Source of the DNA: a bacterium
Lineage (GTDB): Bacteria; UBA8248
Direction: 5' to 3'
DNA length: 64,000 nt
Assembly (NCBI GenBank): GCA_965199855.1
Contig: OZ241326.1
Coordinates: 480,001-544,000, forward strand
Shown here: piece after piece, positions 36,302 to 46,802 of the stretch
How positions within the stretch are numbered: the first letter of the stretch is position 1
Layout: every line of letters begins with the position of its first letter
Program-made: the position numbers and the translations under genes
Notes under the pieces: model-generated
Databases searched by the model: none
What the model was told of the DNA's origin: nothing
The model's input: only the letters and a program-made list of their open reading frames with translations

Positions 36302-38439
36302 CGCTCGACCTCGCGTCGCTCAAGACGGTGCTCGCCCTGGTGGGCCTGCTCGCCCTGCTGGCCATCCCCGTCGTCTGGTGGCTGCATCGCCGCTCTCTCG
36401 GGTGCCCCAGGGCCGCGGCGGAAGTGTGGGAGGACATCGATCTGATGAGAGCGTCCGGCGGGAGGCGTTCGTCCGCGTCGGCGCGAAGCGGCGAGTCCGC
36501 GGAGGATCCCGCGGACGCCGCGCCCGCGGCGCCGGAGGAGCCGCCGGCGGGCGAGACGCTCTCTTTCGGCGATGAGGAGGCGGCAGGGGCGCGCGCCGCT
36601 TTCGCGGGGGAGTCGTGGGGAGAGCGCGAAGCCGTCCGCGAGCCGGACGCCGCGCGTGAAGAACCGGGAGAGGAGGGAGCCTTCCGCGAGGAGGCGGGCG
36701 CGCCGGCGGCGCCTTTCCCCGACCGGGAGGTCCTCGCCGGCGGCGAGGCTTCGTTCGACGCCGGGAAGCCGCCGGTTCCCGACTCCCCGGACGCGGCCGG
36801 GGAGGAGGCGCGGTTTCCCGCCTTCGGCGATTCGCGCGAGGAGGCGGAAGAAGGCGCTCCCCTCCTGTTCGGAGGCGGAGAGCCGGACGAGCCGGAGGCG
36901 GAAGCCCCCGGAGAGCCCGCGCCGGAGAGGTCGGGGGAGGACGCGGGCTTCGTCGCCGCCGGTGAATCGCCCGGGGCGTATCGGCTCGAGGAGGGAGAAG
37001 GCGCGGGGCCGCCTCCGGGGGAGGGGGCCGCTCCCTTGAAGGATGAACCCGGCGAGTCGCCGCCGCCCTCCCGCGCGCCGGCTTCGGAGGATGACGTCTT
37101 CTCCCTTCTGCGGCGCGAACGCCGGGAGGATGACGCCTCCCCCGAAGGTGCCGCGCCGCGCGGGGAGGTCGAGGAGGCGGAGGAAATCGCGGACTTCGAC
37201 GCCCCGCCCGACTTGCCGCGGGAAGAAGACGCGGAGCGCGAGGGCGGGGACGCCTCGCCGGGGACGCCGGACGCGCCCGCCGGGTTCGCGCGCGAGCTCG
37301 TGGCGGAGGCCTGCCCGGGGGACTTGCTGCTGGCGGAGAGCGTGGAGCGGGAGCTCCCCGACCGGGCGGCGGAGGCGGCGGACGCCCTCCGCCTCGACCT
37401 GGAGGAGCGTCAGGGAGGAAGACGCGCTCCCGCCTCCGATGAGTATCTGCGTCTGGCGCTCCTGGAGGTGATGCTGGGACGCGCCGAGGAGGCGGCGCGT
37501 CATCTTAAGGAGGCGCTTCGGGGGGCGAGCCGGCTGGGTCCCGTTCTCAACGCGCTGGCCGTGGCGTCCTGGCTGCGGGGGAAGGCGGACCCCGCGATAG
37601 CCTACTGCCGCGAGGCGCTCCGGGAAACGGGGCGGGACGCGCCGCTCCAGGCGGCGGTCGCCCGGAACCTGGGGCATTTCTACCAGAGCCGGGGGGAGGA
37701 GGCCCGGGCGGCCGAATTCTTCGAGATGGCGATCGATCGCATCGGCCCGCAGGGCGCGCCCGGGGAGCTCTCCTCCCTGCGCCTGCGGGCCGGCCGGCTG
37801 TTCCGCCGTCTGGGGGAGCATGAAAAGGCCCGGGCGCACCTTTCGGAGTCGGCGCGCCTGTTCCGGGGACTGGGAGAAGGCGGCGGCGAGACCCGGGCGC
37901 GCGTCGCGCTGGCGGCCGCCCATACCGCGCTGGGCGAGCACGAACCCGCCCGGGCGAGTCTGGAGGAGGCCCTCGCGCTTTGCCGCGAAGGCGGCGACAA
38001 GGCGGGCGAGGCGCTGGTCTATGGGCAGATGGGCGCGGCCTACGCGGCGCAGGAGCAGTTCACGCGCGCGCTCCGGTATTACGAGAACGCCCTGGGCCTC
38101 AACCGCGAGCTCGAAAACGCGAAGGGAGCGGCGGCGAACCTCGGCAGGATGGGGAACATCCACTACGCCAGGGGCGACTTCCCCGAGGCGCGCGAAGCCT
38201 ACGAGGCGGCCCTGGAGCTCGGGGAGGAGGGGGGAGACGCCCTCGCCCGCGCCAGGGTGCTGAGAAACCTGGGCCGGGCGCATTTCGAGGGGGGAGAGTG
38301 GGACGCCGCGCGCGCGCGCCTGGGCGAGGCGCGCCTCATGTTTCAGGAAGCCGGCGCGGCGGAGGCGCTCGAAAGCGTCCGGGCGCTGGAAAGGCGCCTG
38401 CCGAAGGCGTCCGGCGCCGACGCGCGCGGCGAGGAGTGA
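36298..38439 (+). CDS. Membrane-anchored protein: N-terminal TM, long acidic Pro/Glu linker, C-terminal TPR array
   Basis: MTLDLASLKTVLALVGLLALLAIPVVWWL, ~300-aa E/P/A/D-rich region, TPR-like repeats (e.g. GQMGAAY...ALRYYENAL); ATGA overlap with the deacylase. Confidence 0.8.
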   Translation: MTLDLASLKTVLALVGLLALLAIPVVWWLHRRSLGCPRAAAEVWEDIDLMRASGGRRSSASARSGESAEDPADAAPAAPEEPPAGETLSFGDEEAAGARAAFAGESWGEREAVREPDAAREEPGEEGAFREEAGAPAAPFPDREVLAGGEASFDAGKPPVPDSPDAAGEEARFPAFGDSREEAEEGAPLLFGGGEPDEPEAEAPGEPAPERSGEDAGFVAAGESPGAYRLEEGEGAGPPPGEGAAPLKDEPGESPPPSRAPASEDDVFSLLRRERREDDASPEGAAPRGEVEEAEEIADFDAPPDLPREEDAEREGGDASPGTPDAPAGFARELVAEACPGDLLLAESVERELPDRAAEAADALRLDLEERQGGRRAPASDEYLRLALLEVMLGRAEEAARHLKEALRGASRLGPVLNALAVASWLRGKADPAIAYCREALRETGRDAPLQAAVARNLGHFYQSRGEEARAAEFFEMAIDRIGPQGAPGELSSLRLRAGRLFRRLGEHEKARAHLSESARLFRGLGEGGGETRARVALAAAHTALGEHEPARASLEEALALCREGGDKAGEALVYGQMGAAYAAQEQFTRALRYYENALGLNRELENAKGAAANLGRMGNIHYARGDFPEAREAYEAALELGEEGGDALARARVLRNLGRAHFEGGEWDAARARLGEARLMFQEAGAAEALESVRALERRLPKASGADARGEE

Positions 38440-38448
38440 CGGAAGGCT

Positions 38449-39636
38449 TCACGCCCTTTCATCGCCCAGGGCGAATTTCTCCATCAGCCTGCAATAGACG
38501 CGCGCCGCTTTCTTCAGGGAATCCACCTCGATGAATTCATCGGGCGCGTGGGCCTGCTCGATGCTTCCGGGACCCAGCAGAAAGCAGCTGCGGCTTCCGG
38601 TCTGCGCCGCGGCGAGCCCCGCGTCCGAATAGTAGCTCACGCCGGCGGGGGGAGGCTCCGCGCCCAGAACCTCCCCCAGGGTCTCCAGGATGAGCCTCGC
38701 GCCCGCGCCCGCCAGGTCCGCCGTGACGGGCGGCCTGTCCGCGATGGTCGCCCGCAGGGAGAAGTCCACGCCGGCCGTCCGCGCGCGCGCCGCGGCCGCC
38801 TGCTCGCGGATGATCTCCTGAACGTCGGCCGTCCGCAGGGGAGGAACGAAGCGGGCGTCTATCTTCACTTCGCACCTCTCGGGCACCACGTTGGTCTTGC
38901 GTCCGCCCTCGATCACGCTGGCGACCATGGTGCATCGGCCCAGCAGGGGGTCTTCGTGGGGAAGGGCGGCGACCGCCTCGTGAAGCCCGGCCACCGCGAG
39001 GGAGGCGGCGTGAATCGCGTCCGCGCCCATGTGGGGCGCGGCGGCGTGGGCGCTCTTTCCGCGGAAGACGAGCTCGAACCACATGGCGCCCTTCTGCGCG
39101 CTCACCAGGGCGAGTTCGGTCGGCTCGCAGGAGATCACGACGTCCTCCGCGCCGATGCGCCCGTTCCGAATGGCCGCCGCCGTCCCCGTCATCGCGCCGC
39201 TTTCCTCGTCCACCACCATGCAGCAGCGAATCGTTCTCCTGGCGCGCGCGCCGCGGTCGATGCGTCCCTTGAGCCGCCCGAGGGCGGCGAGGCTGGCGGC
39301 GATGCCGCCCTTCATGTCGCAGCTCCCCCGGCCCCAGATTCTTCCCTCCGCCTCGACCGCCGCGAAGGGATCGCGCGACCAGCCCTCGCCCGCCGGCACG
39401 GTGTCCATGTGGTTGAGAAAGACGAGGGCGGGGCGCTCCCCCGAACCGGCGACCTCGGCGATCACGTTCTCGCGCCCCGGGGCGACACGCTCGCGCGCGG
39501 GCTCCAGGCCGATCCCGCGGAAGAACGCCTCCATCCGATCCGCCATGGCGGATTCATCGCCCGTGGGGTTCTCGCTCCGAATCCCGATCAGCTCCCTGGC
39601 GAGCGAGACGGCCTGCTCCTCTATGGCCGCGTCCAT
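38449..39636 (-). CDS. M20 metallopeptidase (ArgE/DapE-like)
   Basis: NHMDTV, GRGSCDMKGG, DEE, EPT, AHAPDE. Confidence 0.9.
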   Translation of the reverse strand: MDAAIEEQAVSLARELIGIRSENPTGDESAMADRMEAFFRGIGLEPARERVAPGRENVIAEVAGSGERPALVFLNHMDTVPAGEGWSRDPFAAVEAEGRIWGRGSCDMKGGIAASLAALGRLKGRIDRGARARRTIRCCMVVDEESGAMTGTAAAIRNGRIGAEDVVISCEPTELALVSAQKGAMWFELVFRGKSAHAAAPHMGADAIHAASLAVAGLHEAVAALPHEDPLLGRCTMVASVIEGGRKTNVVPERCEVKIDARFVPPLRTADVQEIIREQAAAARARTAGVDFSLRATIADRPPVTADLAGAGARLILETLGEVLGAEPPPAGVSYYSDAGLAAAQTGSRSCFLLGPGSIEQAHAPDEFIEVDSLKKAARVYCRLMEKFALGDERA

Positions 39637-39709
39637 CGCTGTCTCCCGGGCGTCAGGGGTTCATGGGCGCATGGCGCCGCATTTCGGGCGGCTTGCGCAT
39701 GATGCCGCC

Positions 39710-40924
39710 TCACGCCGCGCCGTGAAAGCGCCGCATCAGGGAGGCGAAATTCCTCCCCGGCGTGATGTTTCCCAGGCGCGCCGCCTCGCGCGCGCCGGTT
39801 GCGGCCGGCAGGCTGTTCGCCTGCCCGGAGAGCGTCCCCCACGCCAGCAGCGCGAAGCAGACGGCCTCGACCGCGTCGGGCGAGACGCCGCGCGCGCCGC
39901 TCGCCGCGAGGGGGAGCCCGCCCAGCGCCTCCCGCAGGCGGCGCATGAGGGTCCTGTTGCGGACGCCTCCTCCGCCGACGATCGCCTCGGCGGGCGGCGC
40001 GTCCTTCGGCAGAAAATCCCGAACCGCGTCCGCGACGCACGCGGCGGAAAAGGCGGCGAGGGTGGCGAGGGCGTCTTTCGCGCCGCGCCCGCGCGCCGCC
40101 GCGCCCGCGAGGACTTCATCGACGAACGCCTCGCCGAACGCCTCCCTGCCGGTGCTCTTGGGCGGCTTTCGGCCAAGGTAGGGGCGGCGGCGGAGCCAGG
40201 CCAGCGTTTCGGGGCATACGCGGCCGGCCGCCGCCAGGGCGCCTCCTTCGTCCCAGTCCTTCTCTCCGTTCGTGATCCGGCGGACCAAGGCGTCGAGCGT
40301 CACGTTCGCCGGCCCGCAGTCGAAGCCGAACGCGCCCGCCTCGCCCCAGGGGGGAAGGTAGGTGAGGTTCGAGATGCCGCCCAGGTTCACGAAGGCGGTC
40401 GGGGCGTCTTCGCGGCTGAATAGGATGCGGTGCGCCCAGGGGGTAAGGGGCGCGCCCGCCCCTCCCGCGGCCACGTCCCGCGGGCGAAAGTCGGAGACGC
40501 AGGTCGCCTCCGTCCGCGCGGCGATGAAGGCGGGGTCGCCGATCTGAAGGGTGGAGGGGAGCAGCGCGCCGCGCGCGCCCCGTCCGCCTTCGGGAAGATG
40601 GCGCACCGTCTGGCCGTGGCTGCCCACGAAGTCGATTCGATCGAGAGGCGTTCCGGCGTTCGCGGCGACCGCCAGCGCGGCGGCGGCGAACGCCTCGCCC
40701 GCCTCCCGGTGGAGCGAGCAGAGCTCCTCCGTTCCGGCGCCCTCCTCGCCCGCGGCGCGCAGAATCCGCTCCCTCAGGCTTTTCGGGTAGGGGGCGGCGT
40801 GAAAGCCCAGCGTCTCGACTTCGGCGCGCTCGCCCGGGAGAATCCGCGCGAGGGCGGCGTCCACCCCGTCGGCGGAGGTGCCGGACATCAGCCCGATCGC
40901 CAGAAAGGGCCGCGCCGCGCTCAT
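39710..40924 (-). CDS. anmK: Anhydro-N-acetylmuramic acid kinase
   Basis: GLMSGTSADGVD, GSHGQT, DFR..D.A.GG.GAPL, NLGGISN, FDCGPAN, PKSTGRE. Confidence 0.95.
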   Translation of the reverse strand: MSAARPFLAIGLMSGTSADGVDAALARILPGERAEVETLGFHAAPYPKSLRERILRAAGEEGAGTEELCSLHREAGEAFAAAALAVAANAGTPLDRIDFVGSHGQTVRHLPEGGRGARGALLPSTLQIGDPAFIAARTEATCVSDFRPRDVAAGGAGAPLTPWAHRILFSREDAPTAFVNLGGISNLTYLPPWGEAGAFGFDCGPANVTLDALVRRITNGEKDWDEGGALAAAGRVCPETLAWLRRRPYLGRKPPKSTGREAFGEAFVDEVLAGAAARGRGAKDALATLAAFSAACVADAVRDFLPKDAPPAEAIVGGGGVRNRTLMRRLREALGGLPLAASGARGVSPDAVEAVCFALLAWGTLSGQANSLPAATGAREAARLGNITPGRNFASLMRRFHGAA

Positions 40925-43137
40925 GAGGGAGACTTCCCCCGCCGATCGGGGCGATTCGCCGCCCCGTAGATTCTCCTGTATTCGCGGTAGTAGCCCAGCA
41001 CCCTCTTGACGTAGTTTTTCGTCTCCTCGTAGGGGATTTCCTCGATGAATCTCTCGGTCGGCTTGCCGCGCCCGGCCTTCCACCATCTTCTGACCGCGCC
41101 CCGGCCCGCGTTGTAGCTCGCGATCGCCGGCGCGAGCGCGCCGCCGAACTCGCGCACGAGCGCGCCCAGGTGCCGCGCGCCCAGGCGGGCGTTGATTTCG
41201 GGATCGAAGAAGTCGTCCGCGGAGGCGACGCGCGTCCCGTGCCTCCTCGCGAGCCTGCGCCCCGTGGCGGGCATGAGCTGCATCAGCCCCCGGGCACCGG
41301 CGGGGGAGATCGCGCGCGGGTCGAAGGCGCTCTCCGCGCGGATGACGGCGTTCACCAGATGAACGTCCGCCCCGCCGGGCTCCTTTTTCCTGACGACGAG
41401 CGGATAGACGATTCTCCAGAACTCCTCCGGCAGATCGCTTCCGCCCGATCGCGCGGCGTCCCAAAAGGACTTATTGATCAGGAGAATCGCGCGGTGGCTC
41501 TCGCCCGCCTCCGTGAAGGCGCGCGCCGCCCGGTAGCGAAAGTATCGCCCCGCCCCGAGGCGGTGATACTCGCGGGCGGCGTGCTCGTGCAGGCCCATGG
41601 AGGCGAGCAGCGCGGCCGTCCGCGCGCGCGCGGCGGCGCCGGGCGGAGGGCGCATCCACTCCCGATAGCCTGCCTCGCCGGGGGGCGGGACGGCGGCTAT
41701 GTCGCCTTCGCGCCCCAGGCGGCGCAGCGCGCGCAGCGCCTGCTGTCCGTAGTAGCGGTGGCGGTGGAGCCGGACGCAGGCGCGGTAGCCGGCGAGGGCG
41801 CGCTTTCGCTCTCCCGTCCTTTCCGCCGCCGCCGCCGCCCAATACCTGGCGGAAGCCGCGAGCCAGTGGCCGGGATGGGCCGCGATCATCCTGGAGAAGC
41901 CCCGGCGCGCCCGGCGGTAGTCTTTTCTCTGAAAGTCGAGCCAGCCGAGGCGGAACAGCGCCTTGGGCGCCAGGGGGGAGCGCGGGTGTCGGGAGATTAT
42001 CTCCTCATAGTAGCGCGCGGCGCCGGCGAAGCGGCGGTCGTCCTCGTGCACGCGCCCGAGGAGGTAGCGCGCCCGCGCCGCCCACTTTCCCCGCGGCTTC
42101 TCCCTGAGCAGGCGCCGCGCCTCCGCCTCGAAGGCGGGCCGGCTCCTCGCGCGCAGATGGTTGCGCGCCAGGTAATACCTCGCCTCCGCGCGGCGGGCGG
42201 AGCCCGGCGGATGATGGCTGATGGCGTGCGCGAGGGCGGGGCCCGCCCGCTTCGTTTCGCGCAGGGAGAAGAGCGTGAGCGCCTCCTGGAACGCGAGGCG
42301 CGCGTGGTAGGGAGCCTTGGGGAACAGGCGCCGGAATTCCTGAAAGCCTCCCAGCGCCTTCTCGAAGTAAAAGCGCTTTCTGAGGAGCCGCGCGCGCTCG
42401 TAGTGGGCCTTGGCGCCCGGGCCGGGCAGGGGCGGCGAGAAGGCGGCGGCGAGCGCCTCCGCGCGCTTTCGGGCGCGTCCCGCGCCGGGGCGCTCCGGAT
42501 GCCGCCGCCACAGCCGCCAGAAGGCGCGCGCGGCCTCGCGGCCTCGCCCGGCGGCGCGCAGGGCCTCGGCCTGGCGCAGCAGAAAGTCCGGCGCCTCGGG
42601 GGCGTCCGGAAACAGGCGGACGAAGCGCTCCGCGACCTTCGCCGCGCGCAGGGGCCTCTCCTCTTTCCGGTGGACGCGGACGAGGCTCGAATGGACGAAG
42701 GCGGGGTTCGGGGCGCGCTTTCCTTTTTCGATCAGCTCCTCGAGGGCGCGGCGGGCGAGGGCGTCGTCCCCGGCGCCCAGCGCGGCTTCGGCGAGAAAGA
42801 GCAGGGCGTAGCTCTCGAGCGCGGGAATCTCGCGGCGCGCCCTCCGGAGCGGCGCGACGGCCCGGGCGAACCGCCTGAGCCGCAGATGGGCGTGCCCCGA
42901 CAGGAAGGAGCGCCTGCCGCCCAGATCCGCTTTCCCCCGGCGCAGCGCCTGAAGCAGCTTCTCGTATTGCTTCGCCGCCGCGAGCTTCCGGATGCCGGAG
43001 GGCAGCGGAGGAAGCGCGGCTTCCCTCGCAAGGGGCGGCTTCGCCGCGCGGGGGGGGAGCGTCTTCTGCGCGGGCCGGGCGAGCGCGGGCGCGAGAAGCG
43101 CGAGAAGCGCGGCGGCGGCGCAAAGGCGCGGCTTCAC
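40921..43137 (-). CDS. Soluble lytic murein transglycosylase (Slt70-like) with TPR superhelix
   Basis: Signal peptide, TPR repeats, SLT motifs IRAESAF, GLMQLM, ASYNAG, ETKNYV; GTG start overlaps the upstream stop. Confidence 0.9.
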   Translation of the reverse strand: MKPRLCAAAALLALLAPALARPAQKTLPPRAAKPPLAREAALPPLPSGIRKLAAAKQYEKLLQALRRGKADLGGRRSFLSGHAHLRLRRFARAVAPLRRARREIPALESYALLFLAEAALGAGDDALARRALEELIEKGKRAPNPAFVHSSLVRVHRKEERPLRAAKVAERFVRLFPDAPEAPDFLLRQAEALRAAGRGREAARAFWRLWRRHPERPGAGRARKRAEALAAAFSPPLPGPGAKAHYERARLLRKRFYFEKALGGFQEFRRLFPKAPYHARLAFQEALTLFSLRETKRAGPALAHAISHHPPGSARRAEARYYLARNHLRARSRPAFEAEARRLLREKPRGKWAARARYLLGRVHEDDRRFAGAARYYEEIISRHPRSPLAPKALFRLGWLDFQRKDYRRARRGFSRMIAAHPGHWLAASARYWAAAAAERTGERKRALAGYRACVRLHRHRYYGQQALRALRRLGREGDIAAVPPPGEAGYREWMRPPPGAAARARTAALLASMGLHEHAAREYHRLGAGRYFRYRAARAFTEAGESHRAILLINKSFWDAARSGGSDLPEEFWRIVYPLVVRKKEPGGADVHLVNAVIRAESAFDPRAISPAGARGLMQLMPATGRRLARRHGTRVASADDFFDPEINARLGARHLGALVREFGGALAPAIASYNAGRGAVRRWWKAGRGKPTERFIEEIPYEETKNYVKRVLGYYREYRRIYGAANRPDRRGKSPS

Positions 43138-44336
43138 GCCGGCTTCCGCCGCCGGGTTTCCCGCCGGGCGAATTCGGCCTCGACCCCGCGCCGCGCCTCC
43201 TCGTCCAGCAGAAAGTCCGCGCCCGTCATCGCCAGCGCCTTGGCGCCCGCGAGGAGGACGCGCCTGCCCTCCTCTCCCGCCGCCGCCTCGGCGAATTCCC
43301 TGGTATGCGCGGAAACCCCCGCGGGAACCATCTGGATTTGCGGGTGAATGGTGGGCGTATGCTGGCTCACGTTTCCGACGTCCGAGGAGCCCATCCGCAG
43401 GGGCGGGAGCGGATCCGACTCGTGGATGCCGAGGATCGCCAGGTTTTTTCTGAACAGGGAGGCGAGAGGCGGGTTGAGCCGCATGGGGGCGTAGGCGACG
43501 GGGCCTTTCTCCGTCTCGAGTTCCGCGCCCGTCGCCTGGGCCGCCCCCCGCGCGCAGGCGATCAGCCGCTCGGTCAGCGCCGAGAGTCCGGCGCGCGTCT
43601 CGCTCCTCGCGTAGAACCACGCGGAGGCGCGCTCGGGGATGACGTTGGGCGCCTCCCCTCCCTCGGTGATGACGCCGTGCGCGCGATCCCCGGGGGGGAG
43701 CTGCTGGCGAAGCAGGGAGACGGCGCTGAACGTGGCGAGGAGGGCGTCCAGGGCGTTGACGCCCCGCTCGGGCGCGGCGGAGGCGTGCGCGGCGCGGCCC
43801 CTGAAGCGAAAGCGCAGCTCCGAGAGGGCGAGAAAGTTCGCCTCGGCCCTGGTTTCGTCCGATGGGTGCATCATCATGGCGGCGTCCACCTCCCGGAACA
43901 TTCCGGTCTCCGCCATGAGCGCCTTGCCGCCTCCGCCCTCTTCTCCGGGCGTGCCGAAGACGCAGACGCCTCCGCGTTCGGGCCCGATCGCCTTCCTGAG
44001 CGCCGCGCCCGCCGCCGCGCCGGCGACCCCGATGACGTTGTGCGCGCAGGCGTGCCCGAGGCCGGGCAGCGCGTCGTATTCGGAGAGAAACGCGACGGAG
44101 GGCCTTCGCGCGTCCGCCCCGCGCCCGTCCGCGCGGAACGCGGTGGGCAGGTTCGCCACCCCGCGCGTGAGCGCGAAGCCTTTTTTTTCGAGGTAGGCGC
44201 ACAGGCGCGCCGCCGCGCGATGCTCCTGGAGGCTCGGCTCCGGGTCGGCGTGAATTTCGAGGGCGAGCGCCCACAGCGCGTCCGCCTCGGCGTCGATGAA
44301 CTGCGAGATGGCGGCCTTGGCCTTCTGAGCGTCCAC
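43134..44336 (-). CDS. M20D amidohydrolase (HmrA/PM20D2-like)
   Basis: EYDALP, GHACAHN, GTPGEEGGGGK, MMHP, GSSDVGNVS, AHT. Confidence 0.9.
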   Translation of the reverse strand: MDAQKAKAAISQFIDAEADALWALALEIHADPEPSLQEHRAAARLCAYLEKKGFALTRGVANLPTAFRADGRGADARRPSVAFLSEYDALPGLGHACAHNVIGVAGAAAGAALRKAIGPERGGVCVFGTPGEEGGGGKALMAETGMFREVDAAMMMHPSDETRAEANFLALSELRFRFRGRAAHASAAPERGVNALDALLATFSAVSLLRQQLPPGDRAHGVITEGGEAPNVIPERASAWFYARSETRAGLSALTERLIACARGAAQATGAELETEKGPVAYAPMRLNPPLASLFRKNLAILGIHESDPLPPLRMGSSDVGNVSQHTPTIHPQIQMVPAGVSAHTREFAEAAAGEEGRRVLLAGAKALAMTGADFLLDEEARRGVEAEFARRETRRRKPA

Positions 44337-44422
44337 GCGCGGCGCGCCTCCGGGGCGGGCGGGAAATTCATTATCGCCGCGCGCGGAAGGGGATGTCAAC
44401 GATTCGCGCCGCCCTGCGCGCG

Positions 44423-44451
44423 TTGACGCCGCTCCCCCAAAGGGCGATACT
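44423..44451 (+). promoter_or_regulatory. Putative sigma70 promoter of tolQRAB
   Basis: TTGACG-N17-GATACT. Confidence 0.5.
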
Positions 44452-44482
44452 TCTCCTCCGCCCAGGAAGGCCCGGAAGGAGA

Positions 44483-45250
<768 letters not shown>

Positions 45251-45266
45251 GGGAGCGGAGCCTTCC

Positions 45267-45707
45267 GTGGCCGTCAAGCTGAACCGCAGTTCGAGCATCG
45301 CGGACATCAACGTCACGCCCCTCGTGGACGTGATGCTGGTGCTGCTGGTGATTTTCATGGTCACCGCGCCGCTGCTCGAGACGCGGAATCAGGCCGTGAA
45401 CGTGGACCTGCCGCAGGTGCGGGCGGCGAAGGCGAGCCTGGCCGAGGACGCGGTCGTCATCACGCTGGACAAAAACCGCGCCTTGTATATCAATGACAAC
45501 CCGCTCGCCGCCTCCGAGCTGAGGGAGAAGCTCGCGGCGCTCTTCAAGGGCAGGCGGCGCAAGGAAATTTTCCTGCGGGCGGATCGCGCGGTTCCCTACG
45601 GCGAGGTGGTGAAGGCCATGGCCGCCATTCGCGCGGCGGGAATCAGCCGCCTCAACATGGTGACCGACCCCCTGGAATCCTCCCGGGGCGGGCGGCGCGC
45701 CCGCTGA
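45267..45707 (+). CDS. tolR: TolR
   Basis: INVTPLVDVMLVLLVIFMVTAP, RAD..VPYG. Confidence 0.95.
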   Translation: MAVKLNRSSSIADINVTPLVDVMLVLLVIFMVTAPLLETRNQAVNVDLPQVRAAKASLAEDAVVITLDKNRALYINDNPLAASELREKLAALFKGRRRKEIFLRADRAVPYGEVVKAMAAIRAAGISRLNMVTDPLESSRGGRRAR

Positions 45708-45722
45708 GAAGGCGGTGGCCCC

Positions 45723-46802
45723 ATGAGACGAAGGAAGCGCGCGCTGATTTTCGACGGCCGCTTTCGCGCCGCGTGGATCATTTCCCTCGTTCTGCACGTC
45801 TCGCTCTTCGCCTGGGTGAGCCTCGCGCCCTCGCAGCCGAAATACCGCTTCTTCGGGAGCGGGACGGCCGTCAACCTGGTGGGCGCGGACGAGATTCCGG
45901 GCGGCTCGGCGCGCGGGAAATCCGGGGATCGGCCGGAGGATATGGAATCGCCGGCCCGCCTCGAGGGCCCGGCCGAGGGCGCGAGAAAGATCGCCGCGCC
46001 CCGGAAGAAGCCCGAACCCCGGAAGCCCGCGCCAAAGAAGAAAGTCGAGCAACCCGCCCCGAAGAAGGTCGAGAAGAAGAGCGCCGCCCAAAAAGAAGCG
46101 CCTCCCCGGAAGAAGCCCGCGAAAAAGAAAATCGTAGAAAAGAAGGCGCCTCCGAAGAAGAAAGCGCGCCGCATCGCGGTGAAGAAAAAGAATCCGCCCG
46201 GGAAGAAAAAAGTCGTCCGCAGGAAGAAGAAGCGCGACCCGGCGCTGGAGGCGCGCCGCAAGCGCATGCGCGAACGCCGCGCGCGCGCCGCGCGGTGGCG
46301 CAGGAAGTTCCGGGAGAGCGGCGCGAGCGCGTCCGCGCCTGGAAAAAGGAAGCCCCGCGATGGCCGGCCGGGCGGTGATCGTCTGGCGAAGGCGACCCTC
46401 CCTCCCGCGAGGCGCGCGCCTTCGCGGGGATACCCCGGCGAGGGCGGCGGCGACGGCCAGGGCGGCGGGAGCCGGGGCGGCGGGGGCGGCGGCGCCGCGC
46501 GGACGGATCTCGAGAGATACTACGGGCTTCTGGCGGAGCGGATCGGGAGCTACTGGACCCTTCCGCTCAACCTCTCGGACGTGGGCGGGATGAAGGCCGA
46601 GATCACGATTGACGTGAGCCGGAGGGGAGACTACCGGAAACTGCGGATTCACCGCAGCAGCGGAAACGTGATTTACGACCAGGCGGCGCTTCGCGCCGTG
46701 GAGCGCGCCGCCAGCCCCTCCCTGCCCAGGCCGCCCGATACGATACGGGAAGCCTGGCTGTTTCTCGGCTTCCGGTTCTGCGGAGAGAAGGGCGTCTGCT
46801 GA
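45723..46802 (+). CDS. tolA: TolA/TonB-family energy transducer with a Lys/Arg/Pro-rich linker
   Basis: TM with SLVLH motif, low-complexity basic linker, C-terminal SSGN..YD.AA.RAV; position between tolR and tolB. Confidence 0.85.
   Translation: MRRRKRALIFDGRFRAAWIISLVLHVSLFAWVSLAPSQPKYRFFGSGTAVNLVGADEIPGGSARGKSGDRPEDMESPARLEGPAEGARKIAAPRKKPEPRKPAPKKKVEQPAPKKVEKKSAAQKEAPPRKKPAKKKIVEKKAPPKKKARRIAVKKKNPPGKKKVVRRKKKRDPALEARRKRMRERRARAARWRRKFRESGASASAPGKRKPRDGRPGGDRLAKATLPPARRAPSRGYPGEGGGDGQGGGSRGGGGGGAARTDLERYYGLLAERIGSYWTLPLNLSDVGGMKAEITIDVSRRGDYRKLRIHRSSGNVIYDQAALRAVERAASPSLPRPPDTIREAWLFLGFRFCGEKGVC

Noticed and set aside
46000-46260. Repetitive AAG/CCG-rich DNA
   Set aside because: Low-complexity coding sequence of the TolA linker, not a CRISPR or DNA repeat element
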